Shown here in pieces: positions 43,476 through 56,579 of a DNA stretch of 64,000 bases (the stretch's first letter is position 1; every line of letters begins with the position of its first letter). The translations under genes and the position numbers were made by a program. The DNA comes from the human T2T-CHM13v2.0 reference genome, Homo sapiens: NCBI RefSeq assembly GCF_009914755.1, contig NC_060934.1. One strand, written 5' to 3'. The notes under the pieces were generated by a model. It was given only the letters and a program-made list of their open reading frames with translations, made no database searches and was not told where the DNA came from.

Positions 43476-43679
43476 CAGCTGTGTCCAACCTTTTCAATGC
43501 AAGGACTATTTTGCTTATCTGTGGTGGTGGATGTCATGAAAACTATGCATGGACCTTTTTTTTTTTTTTTTTTTTTTTTAGGTCATCAGCTATTGTTAGT
43601 GTTAGTGTATTTTATGTGTGGCCCAAGACAATTCTTCTCCCAATGTGGCCCAGTGCAGCCAAAAGGTTGGACACGCCTG
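43476..43679. mobile_element. MER30 hAT MITE
   Basis: TIRs cagctgtgtccaacctttt / aaaaggttggacacgcctg; internal tgttagtgttagtgtattttatgtgtggcccaagac. Confidence 0.8.
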
Positions 43680-44024
43680 CAATACTTAGTAATGTATATC
43701 ATTCATGTGGTGATAAATATCTTCAGACGAAGAATAATTCTTTTTTTAAAATTTAAAATCACAATTATTTGATGTTTTTCATTTGTGAATGCCTTTTACA
43801 TGTAGTCCCTACATTTAGGTGCTTTGGATGCATGACTTTTCACTAGACCAGTGGTTCTCAACCTTGGCTGCACATTAGAATCACCTGGAAGTTTCTTTCC
43901 ATTCCAAGATTCAACACAGAAATTAACAGAATACTGAATCAATTTCAATGAACTAAGAGTGACAATTTTTACTAAAAAATATTTACTTAGCAAGAAGCCA
44001 AGATTGACTGTTGTTTTAGAGTCT

Positions 44025-44190
44025 TTCTACTCGAAGTGTGGCCTATGGACCAACAGCATTCTTATCAGATGATAAGTGAGCTGGGAGCTTGTGAGAAATG
44101 CAGAATCCCAGGCCCCACATCCAAATTATAATTTGCATTTTAACAAGATTCCTGGGTGATTCATACGCCCATTAAAATTTGAGAAGCACT
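44025..44190. mobile_element. MER5A hAT-Charlie MITE (similar copies at about 43848-43900 and 45425-45555)
   Basis: gggagcttgtgagaaatgcagaatcccaggcccca...tttgagaagcact. Confidence 0.75.
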
Positions 44191-47100
44191 CATTTAGACT
44201 TTCCCATTACCCTTCTCTTTATCACTCTGAATATTCTCCAACTTCCTATCTAGTGACCACAGAGGGTACTGACAGATTACAGCTTCAAAGCATAACCAGG
44301 ATCAATAGAATACATTCATTCTTTCATTCCAGAAAAATCTATTTAGATGTAGGGCCAGTGCCTATGCTTGTGCAGACTGTGCACCACATCTGGGAAGTAC
44401 TATTCACAATGTAGAAATTTTACATTTGGATTTTATTGCTACACCATTTTCTAGCAGACGGCAGTACAGTGTCTTGCAACAAAATCAATACACATAAGCT
44501 TTGGCTGAATGGAAGTTAAGTGCTTGAGGAAGGAATGTCTTTTTTCTATTCAATGGCCTATAGGCTAGATGTCACCTTAATGGGAGCCAGGACCTGGCAA
44601 CACAGCAGCAAACCAGAGAGGCCAAATTATTAACTATTTCCCATTTAATACAATTTGTTTATTAGTTTTTATGCAAAATTATGGTATGGTAGTTTTAAAA
44701 AATTCAATGTATGTGGCATATTTTCCTTCCATTGCATACGATATAGCCTACAATTTTAATGTTTAATATACAAAACACAGCTTGTGTTTTTTTCCCTTCA
44801 CAAAGTTTATAACAAATCTTGGAGCGCAATCTGTAATTACAATACATCGTATGCAGAAATTCCAGCCACTTTCGAGCTTTATACTTTATGGTGTAGTTTC
44901 CAAGTACACGTTATAGCAGAAGTGAAAGAAAAACTCTATTTTTCTGAATATTCTATAATTCCTGTCATCAAGTGCCTTGGATGTGGACATTAGAGATCAG
45001 TCAATATTTGTTTTAAAACAGTATTTTCAACTTCTTTTATATACTTTTCTGTCTTTCTCTCTCTCTCTCTTTCTTTTTTTCCCTAATGGAATGCTCTGTC
45101 CTGCTTGCAAGTTTTGGTGCAGAGAAGCCAACAAAGATTTATAAATAGGGATGCTCATGACATCATGATTTACGACAGGTAAAAACAGGAAGCATTTTAG
45201 ATTTCAAACAAAAGGTAGTTATCAAATATATCACTACACATCCAAGTAACTAAATAGCACATTTATTAAAAACTATGAGTCTAAAGAATAATTAATATCA
45301 TAGGGAAAACATTTATGTAAAATGTTAAGCAAAAAGTTTTAAGAGGTTAAAAGGAAAAAAAAAATCAGGGTGCAAAACCACATACATAGTGTAATCTGAA
45401 TGTCCCTGGCTCCTTGCTACTTAGCTGGTCTACGGACTAGCATCATAGCATCACCAGGAGCTTGTTGGAAATGCAAGATTTTAGGCTCCACCCTAAAACC
45501 CACTGAATCGGAATCTTCAGGTGATTCTTAGGCACTCGAAAGTCTGAGAAGTATCACCCAGGCCGTATCAACTTTGGGGAACAGTGGTCAGTTTACTTCT
45601 ACAATTTGAACCAAAGTTCATTAGCTCATTAGCACCGACCTACCTAATGCAGGACCACAGTCCCCCTCCAAGACACATCCAGTGTCTTAGGCAGGTATCT
45701 ATAAGTATAAATTCAGGCACTGGGGTGGTGGCCTTACCTGTCCCTCAAAATCCCCAAGGGGGAAATGCTGTTTGATACAAATGATTATTTGAAAATTATG
45801 TCAAAGAAAGGGGAATCTATTTCTTTTGCCCTGGCAATCCCTCATTAAATATGCCTTTTATGTCATCTCTGCCCATTCGTTTTCCTTTCGGCTTCCTCCT
45901 ATCCCTCACACATGCCTCTCCTCTCTTACCTGAGAATCCTGAGAGAGTCAAGGAGGAAACCTGGTGTTCCAGAGTTAGGAGAAACGACTGTGCCCTCATG
46001 TACCATGATGGATACTATCACAGAAAGCAACATGCATGCTCTCCCACCATCCACACTGGGACGTGAGCATCACTATCCCTTTATCATCCCAATGGCCACT
46101 TTGCTGCAGCACCAACCTTGCTGATGTGACCCATTCTGGTCCACTGCTGGTTAAAAACTCCCCTCTGACCACTGCCCACATGGTTGGATCAGTCCACCGT
46201 GGACCCAAGATGTGACTCTCACTGCTTTACACTGCCATGTGGGACTCTATAAGGTCACTACTCTCTTGATAGGCATGTGGGATCTGCAGTGTGGGATCCC
46301 CCATGCCTACCGAGAAGGAGAAATGGGGGAGCATATAGGTTTAAGTAGAAATTAGACAAGGGATTGGGACTAGAGAACATTTCTCCTGAGAGTTTTCAAG
46401 GAAAAAGACTTGCCTGGTTATGTTCAAGCATAAAGTATATAATACAATACAAAACAGAGTAATAGGTGTTAGGAAACGTAGTGTCTTGTCTTGGTTCTTT
46501 GTGTGACCTTGGGAAAGTCATTTTCAGATGCTTATTTTTCCCCTTTTGGAATGCTGGGTAAAAATAATTGCACAGTCCATCTCCCAATTCTGGTTAAGTT
46601 CAAATGAGATGATGTTTGGAAATGAGCTTTGAAATCCCTTAGGTGTAGCATTAGCACCAATAATATGCAGCACCATGGTAAGAAAAAAAGACAGTCTGTT
46701 CTTTAAATTGGCCTCAGAAAAATTCACACCTGGATATCTGGTGGAACCTGCAAATTGGTGTTGTATATTTTAAAGTCAAGAGTAACCTTGGAGACTGGTC
46801 TAGATTGAAAATCAACAGTACATTGGAGAGTGATACACAGCTCCTAGCTGGTAGGGGAAATTGAGGGCATCCAGAGTGAATAAAGTATTTATTGCGGTGG
46901 AGTGAGCAGGGGGGAGTAGCATTATGTTCTAAAAACATTCAATAAAAGAATAGCCACCTTCCGTTTTCTCAAACATCTATGCAGGTGCTTAGATCCCAAA
47001 TATGGAAGATTTTGCATTTCACAAGGTATCTTTCATTCTACATAGATTTGTAGCAAAATAAAAATCATTATACATTTTAATGGCTTTGTTGATTTGGTTA

Positions 47101-48824
47101 AATTAGCTGAAGGCATTGTTGACTGCACATAAAATCCATTTCTCAAAGTTCTTTAGCTTTTTGACCCTTTCATCAATTCTTCTTCAGTTCTGTCATCATT
47201 CTTTCCCTCCTCTTTCAATTTCCTATCTAAAATGTTCCAAAATAATTATAAAAGTCAGAGAGGCATGATGAACCTTTTTATTGGAAAGAGATGAACCTTC
47301 CAAACTCATTCTCAGCTCATCATCACAGCATTTGGAATATGGAGTAAAAATTCATATTTTGCAAGTGCCTTGGTGCTTAAGCATGCAGAACAGATGTTTC
47401 ATTTCACAAGTTTTCCCAATTTATTACACATAATATCTCTATTTCTGTGAGACAAACACTGCTTTGGGGAATAGGCCTTTCCATTTCCTCCAGCAAGCTG
47501 ATGCATGGAAATGGACTGTTGAGTCACCTTCTAGTCACCTCAGGAGAGGAGATTTTTCAAATGCTGTTTGTTTATTTTCATGCAAGGTCATCAAGGGGAA
47601 ATAGTCACAGTCCCATACTCCTTACCAAAGGCCATCACTTCTGCACATGGCATTTCTCTACCTGAAATGCATTCAATTAAATGCACTCATCCTTGCTAGG
47701 CCTGGCTTGATTTCACATCTGTGACAGATTCCTTGATGAACTCGACACCGAGTGGTTTCTTCCAATAGCTAAATAATACCTGATGATGACATTATTTTCA
47801 TCATTACCATTAGCAACTTAGGAGGGAGAAAGGTGGTGTTGGGCAGGGAAGTCACACTAACCTCACCTTTCCCTGTTGCACTGTAAATTCCGAGGGCAGG
47901 GGTGGCTTGCACAGTGCCTTTCATATGATTGGTGTTTTAAAAACGTTGCTTGGTTGATTACATAGGATAGTATTGCTGCTTTGGTAGCCTAACTTTGCTC
48001 CTACACTACGGCCAGAAGAGAGGGTGAAGAAGAAATAAGAAAATAAAAATCAATCCTAAAGAAAGTGGTAAGGAGCAAAATAGGAGTTACTGGGGAAGCA
48101 CAAAAACCTGAAGCAGATAACCCTCAGGCGTGAAGGTCTATTTCTCTCCTGGTTTACACACGCACCCACCTCCGTTTCTCTCCTACTTCTCCGCCACCCC
48201 ACCTCAACCAGGAGGCAATTCCCCAACCAACCCTGAATATGTCTTCTAATTTCATGTACTCAATAATACCCAAACCATTTAATCTCAGTCACTGCTGGTG
48301 GGAGCGGCAATTGACACGACCTTGAAGGGAAAGCAACTTGGCGGCAGATATCAAGAGTTCTAAAAAACATTTATACTCATCTTCTCCATAATTCCACTTC
48401 TGAGCTGTATCCTAATTTTTAAAATCTTAAATATGTACAAAGATTTATGCCCCCAGAGTTTCCAATACAGGTTTATTTATACAGAGATAGGAACAGTGCA
48501 GCAGTCTAGCATCAGAAGGAGTGGCTAAATTATGGGATGAGTCTCTCACTGGAATTTTTCTAAAGTTATTTTAAATTATGTCTTAAAGGCATTTAAAGCT
48601 TATTTTATTTTTAAATGTTTTTAAATTAGCATGCAATAAAACTGACTTTTGTCTACACAGTTCTATGAATTTCAGCACTCACATAGGGTCAGGACCGAGT
48701 TTCCTCTCACAAGACTCCTAGCCCCACCTTGAAATCACCGGACGCACTTCGTTGTCCAGGAGCCTTCTCCAAGCGGCGGGACGTCTCGGGAGGTTGGGTG
48801 GCCCGGTCAGTCCGCGGCACACAA

Positions 48825-48843
48825 AGACCTCTAGGGGGCAGTG
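48825..48843 (+). promoter_or_regulatory. Predicted CTCF binding site in a CpG-rich patch
   Basis: AGACCTCTAGGGGGCAGTG matches the core CC(A/T)CYAGRKGGCRS; 12 CpGs in 48690-48875. Confidence 0.7.
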
Positions 48844-49718
48844 TTGTCTCACACCACATGTTCCTCTACCGGGCTTTAACACACACCCTTAAACTCTAAC
48901 CCAGCCAAAGCACTATTGCGTCTGTATTTTCCAAATACTTTACAATGAGTATGCACTACTATTACAATCAGAAAAAAAAAATTAGATTACTAATAAGCTA
49001 TTGAAAGTGGGGGAGATATCAATATAAAAATACCCACTCATGGAAGACATTGCTTAAAATAGAGAACTAGCCTCTGTTCATAGTCTGGTTTCAAAGCCCA
49101 AAGTTACGTTTCCTTTTGTTAGATTGCTAGATGATATGGCTCTGGACTTTAATTCTCCATGTTTAAAATAGCATTTCTGTATTTAAAATAGCATTTCAAT
49201 AGCACTTTTAAAACTTCTAAAATCATTTCTGTAATACTCTTTTTTCAGTGAGAAATAGAACAATGCTTCTTCCCTCTCTATTGTAGAGATAGCAAAGTGC
49301 TAAAGAGATGAATTTGTGTTAGAACATCTATATATTAATTCAGAATATTCTAATAAGCAAAAGGATATTGCTAACAATTTGTATGCAGCAAGGCATAAGT
49401 TTTGGAGTCTTTTCAATTTAGCTATTCCACTTATGCTAGTTCACCCACTCCCTTCCTGTGACGGGTTCCCTAGTGATGAATGGGGCATGTAGATTATCAG
49501 ATGAGTGGACAGGAAGGAAGACAGTCTAGAGTGGAAGATAAAGATAACCAACCCATGATGGAACCAACTCAGAAATCAACCCCACCAAGAGAAAACTTTA
49601 TTCATGCACTGAATATTTATGGAACACCTTTCACTTGCCAAGCACTGTTCCAGGTGCTGGGGATATAGCAGAAAACTGCACGTCAAAATTGCTGCTCTCA
49701 TAAAGTTCACATTCTGGG

Positions 49719-49834
49719 ACTCTAACCCAGCCAAAGCACTATTGCGTCTGTATTTTCCAAATACTTTACAATGAGTATGCACTACTATTACAATCAGAAA
49801 AAAATATTAGATTACTAACAAGCTATTGAAAGTG
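49719..49834 (+). repeat. Dispersed direct duplicate of 48893-49009
   Basis: 116/117 bp, about 3 differences. Confidence 0.95.
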
Positions 49835-50349
49835 TCTCCCACTGGGTGGGAGACAGCTAGGAAAAAGAAATAAAGAGGAAAAATATCCTCTTGAAAGTTA
49901 AAATAGGATAGAGACGGATTGGTGGGGGCTACTTTAGACTGCGGAGTCACAGAGGACCTCTTTGAGGAAGTGGTAATTTAAGATGAGATCAGAATAACAT
50001 ATCCAGCCTTGAGAAGACAAGGGGGTGGAGGGAGTGTTCCAGGGAAAGGAAACACCTTATACAAAGGCTGGAACAAATTGAATGGGTTCAGAAAACAAAA
50101 GGAAGGCCCAGAGTGACTGGAGCGTGGCATTTAGGGATGAAGGTGAAGTCAGAAAAGTATGTAAGAGTCTGGTCAAGTAACAGTCTCGTAGGCCAAGGTA
50201 AGGAATTTGGGTTTTATTTTACTGCAGTGAGAGATATAGGAGATTTCACACAGAGGCGTGAAATGGTCTGATATAGGTTTCTAAGAACCATTCTGACGGC
50301 CATTAGAAAGTGCAAGTTTGGGAATATGGCGATCACTGAGAAAGCTATG

Positions 50350-50672
50350 GGACCGTGCATGGTAGATCATGCCTGTAATCTCAGCACTTCGGAAGGCCAA
50401 GGCAGGAGGATTGCTTGAGGCCAGGAGTTCAAGACCAGCCTGGGCAACACAGTGAGACCTCATCGCTACAAAAAATAAAAACATAAGCCAAGTGTGGTGG
50501 CATGTGCCTGTAGTCCCAGCTACTCAGGAGGTTAAGGCAGGAGGATTGCTTGAGCCCAGGAGTTCAAGACTGCAGTGAGCTATGATTGCACCACTGCACT
50601 CCAGCCAGAGCAGCAGAGTGAGACCATGTCTCATATAAAATAAAATAATAAAATTCAAATAATAAAATAAAA
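50350..50672 (+). mobile_element. AluJ-type SINE
   Basis: Dimer, TSD agaaagctat. Confidence 0.9.
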
Positions 50673-51370
50673 CAGAAAGCTATCACAATAACTGAGGTCA
50701 GGTGTGATGAAGTGTGGACCAGGATTATGGCAGTAGAGATGGAAGGTAGCTCACAGAGTCATGACATCTTTTGGAGAAGGAGCTGTTGGAATTAGCTGTA
50801 TTATTAGATGTACATGGTTGGGGGGAGACGAATCAAAGCACGATTCCTAGCTTTTTAGTTTGAACAACTGAAAGGATGGTAGCTCCATTTCCGGAGATGA
50901 GAGGACTGAGGAGATCATGATCCGGGGGGATTATTTGGTCTTTAACATGTGAGCCCATTGGACGAGCATTTGGGTAACTTCAGTCTTACTCCTCAGCAGC
51001 TGCTGTTGGCAGGGTGTGGTCAGGTAGGCTGGCACTGTGTCTGAGCAAGCCAGCTCTGGTCTGATAACAGAGTTTTATCTGGAAGGGGAAACCCAGGGCT
51101 GGGCTTATGTTCTAAGGTCAGCAGCCTGTCACACCAAGAAATAAATGTCTGTTAAGGCAATTGGTACATAAGCACTCAGAAAGTGTAGCTTGTCAAAGTG
51201 GCTTAATTCCAACTAGGTTGTTATTACTCAGTTGACACCTCTTGGGAGAGTTTTTTGATATTTTCTTTAACTCTTTAGTGTTATACTTTATGTATATTCA
51301 CATGAATTGAAAACAGGTTCAGTTAAAAGGGTAATTAAAAATATAAAACATTTTTTAAAAAAGAAAACAG

Positions 51371-51682
51371 GGCCAGGCACGGTGGCTCACGCCTGTAATC
51401 CCAGCACTTTGGGAGGCCGAGGTGGGCACATCATGAGGTCAGGAGATCGAGACCATCCTGGCTAACACGGTGAAACCTCGTCTCTACTAAAAAATACAAA
51501 AAATTAGCTAGGCGTGGTGGTGGGTGCCTATAGTTGCAGCTACTCAGGAGGCTGAGGCAGGAGAATGGCATGAACCCAGGAGGAGGAAGGAGCTTGCAGT
51601 GAGCCGAGATGGCGCCACTGCACTCCAGCCTGGGCGACAGAGTGAGACACTGTCTCAAAAAAAAAAAAAAAAGAAAAAAAAA
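51371..51682 (+). mobile_element. AluY-type SINE
   Basis: gagatcgagaccatcctggctaacacgg; TSD aaaagaaaacagg. Confidence 0.93.
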
Positions 51683-51960
51683 GAAAACAGGTACATGATG
51701 TAGACTCTACATTTTAATGTAATGTTTCATTAATTGTAATGAAACATTACAATGTTTCAACATCCTTGAAATTTAAATAAGGGAAGCTTTGGGTTTCCAT
51801 AAAGAGAACACTTATACTTAAACACAAGAAGGCTGAGACAAAGGTTAAAAAATGGTAAAGCTGTAAAGGGCTGTTAAAAGCATAATGCTGTATTTTTCAT
51901 CCCCCAAATCTTAAAATGTAAAAAAATGGCTTTAGCTTTTGACTCCAAAGCTGGAGATTA

Positions 51961-52587
51961 ATTTTTTAATTTTTAATTTTTGTGGGTACATAGTAGATGT
52001 ATATATTTATGGGGTACATGTAATATTTTGATACAGGCATGTAATGCATAATAATCTCATCAGGGTAAAAGGGGTATCCATCACCTCAAGCATTTATTTT
52101 TTGTGTTACAAACAACCCAAGTATACTCTTTTAATTATTTAAAAATGTACAATAAAATTATTTTTGACTATAGTCACTCTGTTGTGCTAGCAAATACTAT
52201 ATCTTATTCATCCTTTCTAACTATTGTTTGTACTCATCAACCACACCCACGTACCCCCGACTCTTCTCCTACTCTTCCTAGCCTCTGGTAACCATCCTTC
52301 TAACTCTCTATCTCTATGAGTTCAATTGTTTTAATTTTTAGCTCCCACAGATAAGTGAGAACATGCGACGTTTGTCTTTCTGTGTCTGGTTTAGTTCACT
52401 TAACATAATCATCTCCAGTTCCATCCATGTTGTTGCAAATGATAGGATCTCATTCTTTTTTATGGCTGAATAGTACTCCACTGTGTATTTACAACCTTTC
52501 CTTTGTCCATTTATCTGTTGATGGACTCCTAGGTTGCTTCCAAATCTTGGCTATTGTGAATAGTGCTGCAATAAACATGGGCGTGCA
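51961..52587 (-). mobile_element. L1MA 3' fragment
   Basis: ttttgtgggtacatagtag...ggggtacatg; TSD-like aaagctggaga/aaaactggaga. Confidence 0.87.
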
Positions 52588-53169
52588 AAACTGGAGAATT
52601 TTGAAGTAATACATTTACTCCTACAGAGATCCTGAATAATCATAGTTCTTGATTACACCCACCTCCTCTTCATTATTTTAAGCATTTTTGTTAATTACTA
52701 AGTTGATCCTTCTAGTAAAAAGGCTGCCACAACTTCGTTTCCTTTGGAGGACTGAGACCTTCCCACCTTAGCAAGAGCTTTCCATGTTGAGGTTTGCAGT
52801 GAGAGTCACATTACCCAGAGAACTGAGGGGACTGCAGTTATGCCCTTGCAGATACGGGAACACGAGGGCTGAATTAATGAGCCAGAGCCTTAGACAATAC
52901 TGCCAAAAAGTCCCAAGTTCCCCCGAGCAAATACCCAGGAAGGATTTGTCTGGATATCACCTTCACCTCCTACTTAGAACAGGGTTGCCCTGAAAGTCCC
53001 TCCACCCATCGCAGGAGAAGACCTTGGAGAGTGGCTAGCAGAATTCAGGCAAATTCTTTGTTTCTGCATTCTATTTGAGCAGCCTGGGCACAGGCCAAGG
53101 AAAACTCTCTTGGAGAATAGACATTACCTGTGGAGAATGATTTGAGAAACTCTGATCCAGGAATATCCA

Positions 53170-53687
53170 ACACTACAGTGGCCTCCTGGGGTCCCTACTA
53201 ACCGGTCCCCTATTAATCTCCCTGCCCTGATTTCCTACCATCCTCTCCCTCACTCACTCTGCTCCAGCCACTCTGGCCTTCCTCAAAAACAGACAGACTT
53301 CTACCTTGAGGCTTTTACATTTGCCTAGAACACTCTCTAGCTTGCTCTTTTACCTGCGTCATGTCTTGGCTTTCATGCCACTGTTTGAACAAGGCCCACC
53401 CTTATTAACCCCAATCAATATTGCAAACTTCCCCTTCACCACTCACCCTCACCACCCTCATTATTCAGCTCTTTTTTTAAAAAGGTACCTATTATGTTCT
53501 AATACATATCACTGGGGTATGTTTTATATTTACTGTATATTGTCTATCTCCTCCCACTAGAACACAGCTCCACAAAGGGTGAAATGTTTGCCTGTTTCTT
53601 GGTTGACTGCTGTTACCCCTGGGCCTGCATCAGCACCTGGCGTATAGTAGACTCTCAAGAACAGCTGTCGATTAAATGACTGAATAT
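53170..53687 (+). mobile_element. L2 3' fragment
   Basis: ctcactcactctgctccagccactctggcctt...cacctggcgtatagtagactctcaa. Confidence 0.75.
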
Positions 53688-54944
53688 AGCACATCTGGGA
53701 AAACAAAGGCTTGATTTGGTCCCTGTTTTCAACACTAGCTCTCCCTCCCCCAGGACTGGTCCTCTCCTAGCACTGCCAGCCTGTGCCAGTCCTTAGTGGG
53801 ACATGACCTGCCCTTGCCCACACACCTACTCGATCCTCACTCAGTAGTCAGCATCCATATCCCACTGTGACTGACCCAGGCACACAGTGCCAGCAGCTCG
53901 TCCAAACTGGAAACTCTTCAAGTCTCAAAGTCTTTTCTCAGTCTATTACTTGTCCCTGCATTCTCTCTTCTGTCCCCCTCACTGTAGACCTTCAGACACT
54001 CACCAATTTCCTGTTCCCTCTCTCAGTCCCTGGGAAGACTGGCAGTGGGGTAGGACGTCAATCTCCCCAGCTGCTCTTCCAGGCTCCCCTGCCAGAGGAG
54101 GCCTTTGGTCTGTGATTTTTCTGCCAATTATTAGAAAGAAATAGGCCTGGGATAATAAAAACAACCAAGGAGGAATTTAAAAGGTTATGAAATCTTTTAA
54201 AATTCTGTTTTCTCAATTGTATTTTCTCATTTGTACTTCTCGGCTCTCTTTTGAGACGTTTACATAGAATCATCATCTTTCCTTATATACTCCCTTTTGG
54301 AGGAAAAAGTATTTTCAGAGTTTCTCAATTATGTCAAATAACAGAAAACATTTATTGAACAATTACTATGTGCTCAGCACCATAATGCATTTCTATGAAA
54401 ATGAGCTCATTTAATCCTCACAACCTCTCGGTGAAGTGGATGCTGTCAATCTTCCCATTTCATGGAGGAAAACTGAGGCCCAGAGAAGTTATATGACTCC
54501 CGAGTTTACACAGCTACCTAGTGGAGGACTCTAAGTTACAACTTATCTAATTTGAGAGTTCAAATTTTCAACTGCTATAAAATATCTCCGATACATGAGA
54601 GAAGCTGGAAAGTGAGATCATAACCACCAGAAAAATACTACTTGTTAGTGACTCAGAAGAACTACCACTGGTGTGAGTAGAATTACAACACTGGCAACCC
54701 AAAAGAGATACGCATGTCATGTTGTCTGATTTTGGAGACATTCTTTATTTTCAGTGGCAGGTGCCATACATTTATTCATTGAGCAAATGTTTTACTGAGT
54801 ACCTTTAATGTGACAAAAAGCCTGGCCACTGCAGAAACGGGTGAGCAAAAGCAAACACAGCCCTTGCATTCATACAACATATATTTCCTCTTGAAATCAA
54901 GTTCCTGGCACTAGGTATCAATAGACTTGAAAATATGTATAACC

Positions 54945-55258
54945 AGCTAGGTGCAGTGGCTCACGCTTGTAATCCCAGCACTTTGGGAGGCCAAGGCAGG
55001 CAGATCTCTTGAGGTCAGGAGTTTGAGAGACCAGCCTGGCCAACATGGTGAAACTGTGTCTCTACTAAAAATACAAAAATTAGCCAGGCGAGGTGGCGTG
55101 TGCGTGTAATTCCAGTTACTTGGGAGGCTGAAACATGAGAATTGCTTGAACCAGAAAGGCAGAGGTTTCAGTGAACCAAGATCATGCCACTGCATTCCAG
55201 TCTGGGTGACAGGGAGACTCCATCTCAAACAAACAAATGAACAAAAAAAAAAACCAAG
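54945..55258 (+). mobile_element. AluS-type SINE
   Basis: Full dimer with A-rich tail. Confidence 0.9.
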
Positions 55259-56541
55259 AAAATATATTTAGCCTATAACCAAGAATCTCATTTCTAGAAA
55301 TAAAAATAATCTGAAACACAAATTAATTATACATATTTATCAGAGCATTATTTGTAATAGCGACAAATTAGAAACAACTCATGTCCAACCAGTCCAACTC
55401 AATGATTACCAGTAGGTAAATCATTAGGTAAGTTGTGGTACATCCACATATTGAAATAGTCATTCATAATAATGTTTTCAAAAAGTTTTAATATTATGAA
55501 CAAATGCTTAAATTATAATGTTAAAAATGAGAAAAGTAAGCTATAAAACAATCTGTTTAGTATGCTTTTTGGTACATAAAATAATATATATGACATTATT
55601 TGGATATGTTCGAGTAAGCTATATGATATTAACATTTTTATAGGTCAAGAGGATCAAATATCAACAATTTCATAATGGAAAAAATCTGAAAACAAAAAAG
55701 CCAAAATATTAATGGTGATGATTTCTTGGTGGTGGTATCATCAGCAATTTTCACTCTTTTCCTTCTATTTTTGGCATTTTCCAGTTTTCAACAATGTACA
55801 TATATTTCTAATAAAAACATTATTGCAAAACAAAAAGAGAACAAATGTTCCTCTTTCAGCTACTTTACTAAATCATAATGCTAAATGCAGTCTGACTGAG
55901 TACCTATAATCCATCATGCCAGTAACTGCAGCAAATGTAGCAATGGCCTGTAATTCCATTTTATACATACTGCAATAGATATTCAGCCCAGAACGGTATT
56001 TCAAGACAGCAGTTTCTGAAGCAGGGAGTTGGTTCAGATAAAATAGATGCCAGACTATCAGTGCTTCATAGCCTTAGAGATAGGTTGCTAGGACCTAACT
56101 CATAACATTTCCAAGAAAGCTGCATAAATTTCTTATTGATGATCTCAATTACTTCTAAAGCATTTTTGAGAAAAAATATTTTTAGGACCAAAATAAAAGT
56201 AGGTTATAAAGTCCTAGCTCTTGAGGACAATGGGGAGAGAAAGATTTTATATGCTGGAAAGAGGGTATTTTTTTTGATAGATTATCTGAAATAACATATC
56301 CTTCATTAGTCAGTGCTAATGAATAGTCACATCTGTTTTCATGGAACAATGGAGAATTACATAATTAATAGTTTATTCTTTTCAAAATTTAATATAACTG
56401 CTCCTTTTACACTTACTTTTAACTCTGTAAGTTATTCTCTTACTGTCTTTATATGTAATATAGGATACACTTGCCCATAATCTCATAGAATACATGAGAA
56501 TATACATACACTAAAATGTGTATGTACATATATATATGTAT

Positions 56542-56579
<38 letters not shown>

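Larger units (their letters stand above)
49600..50960 (-). mobile_element. L2 fragment interrupted by a 116-bp local copy and an AluJ
   Basis: caggtgctggggatatagcag...taggccaaggtaaggaatttgggttttattt. Confidence 0.75.
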
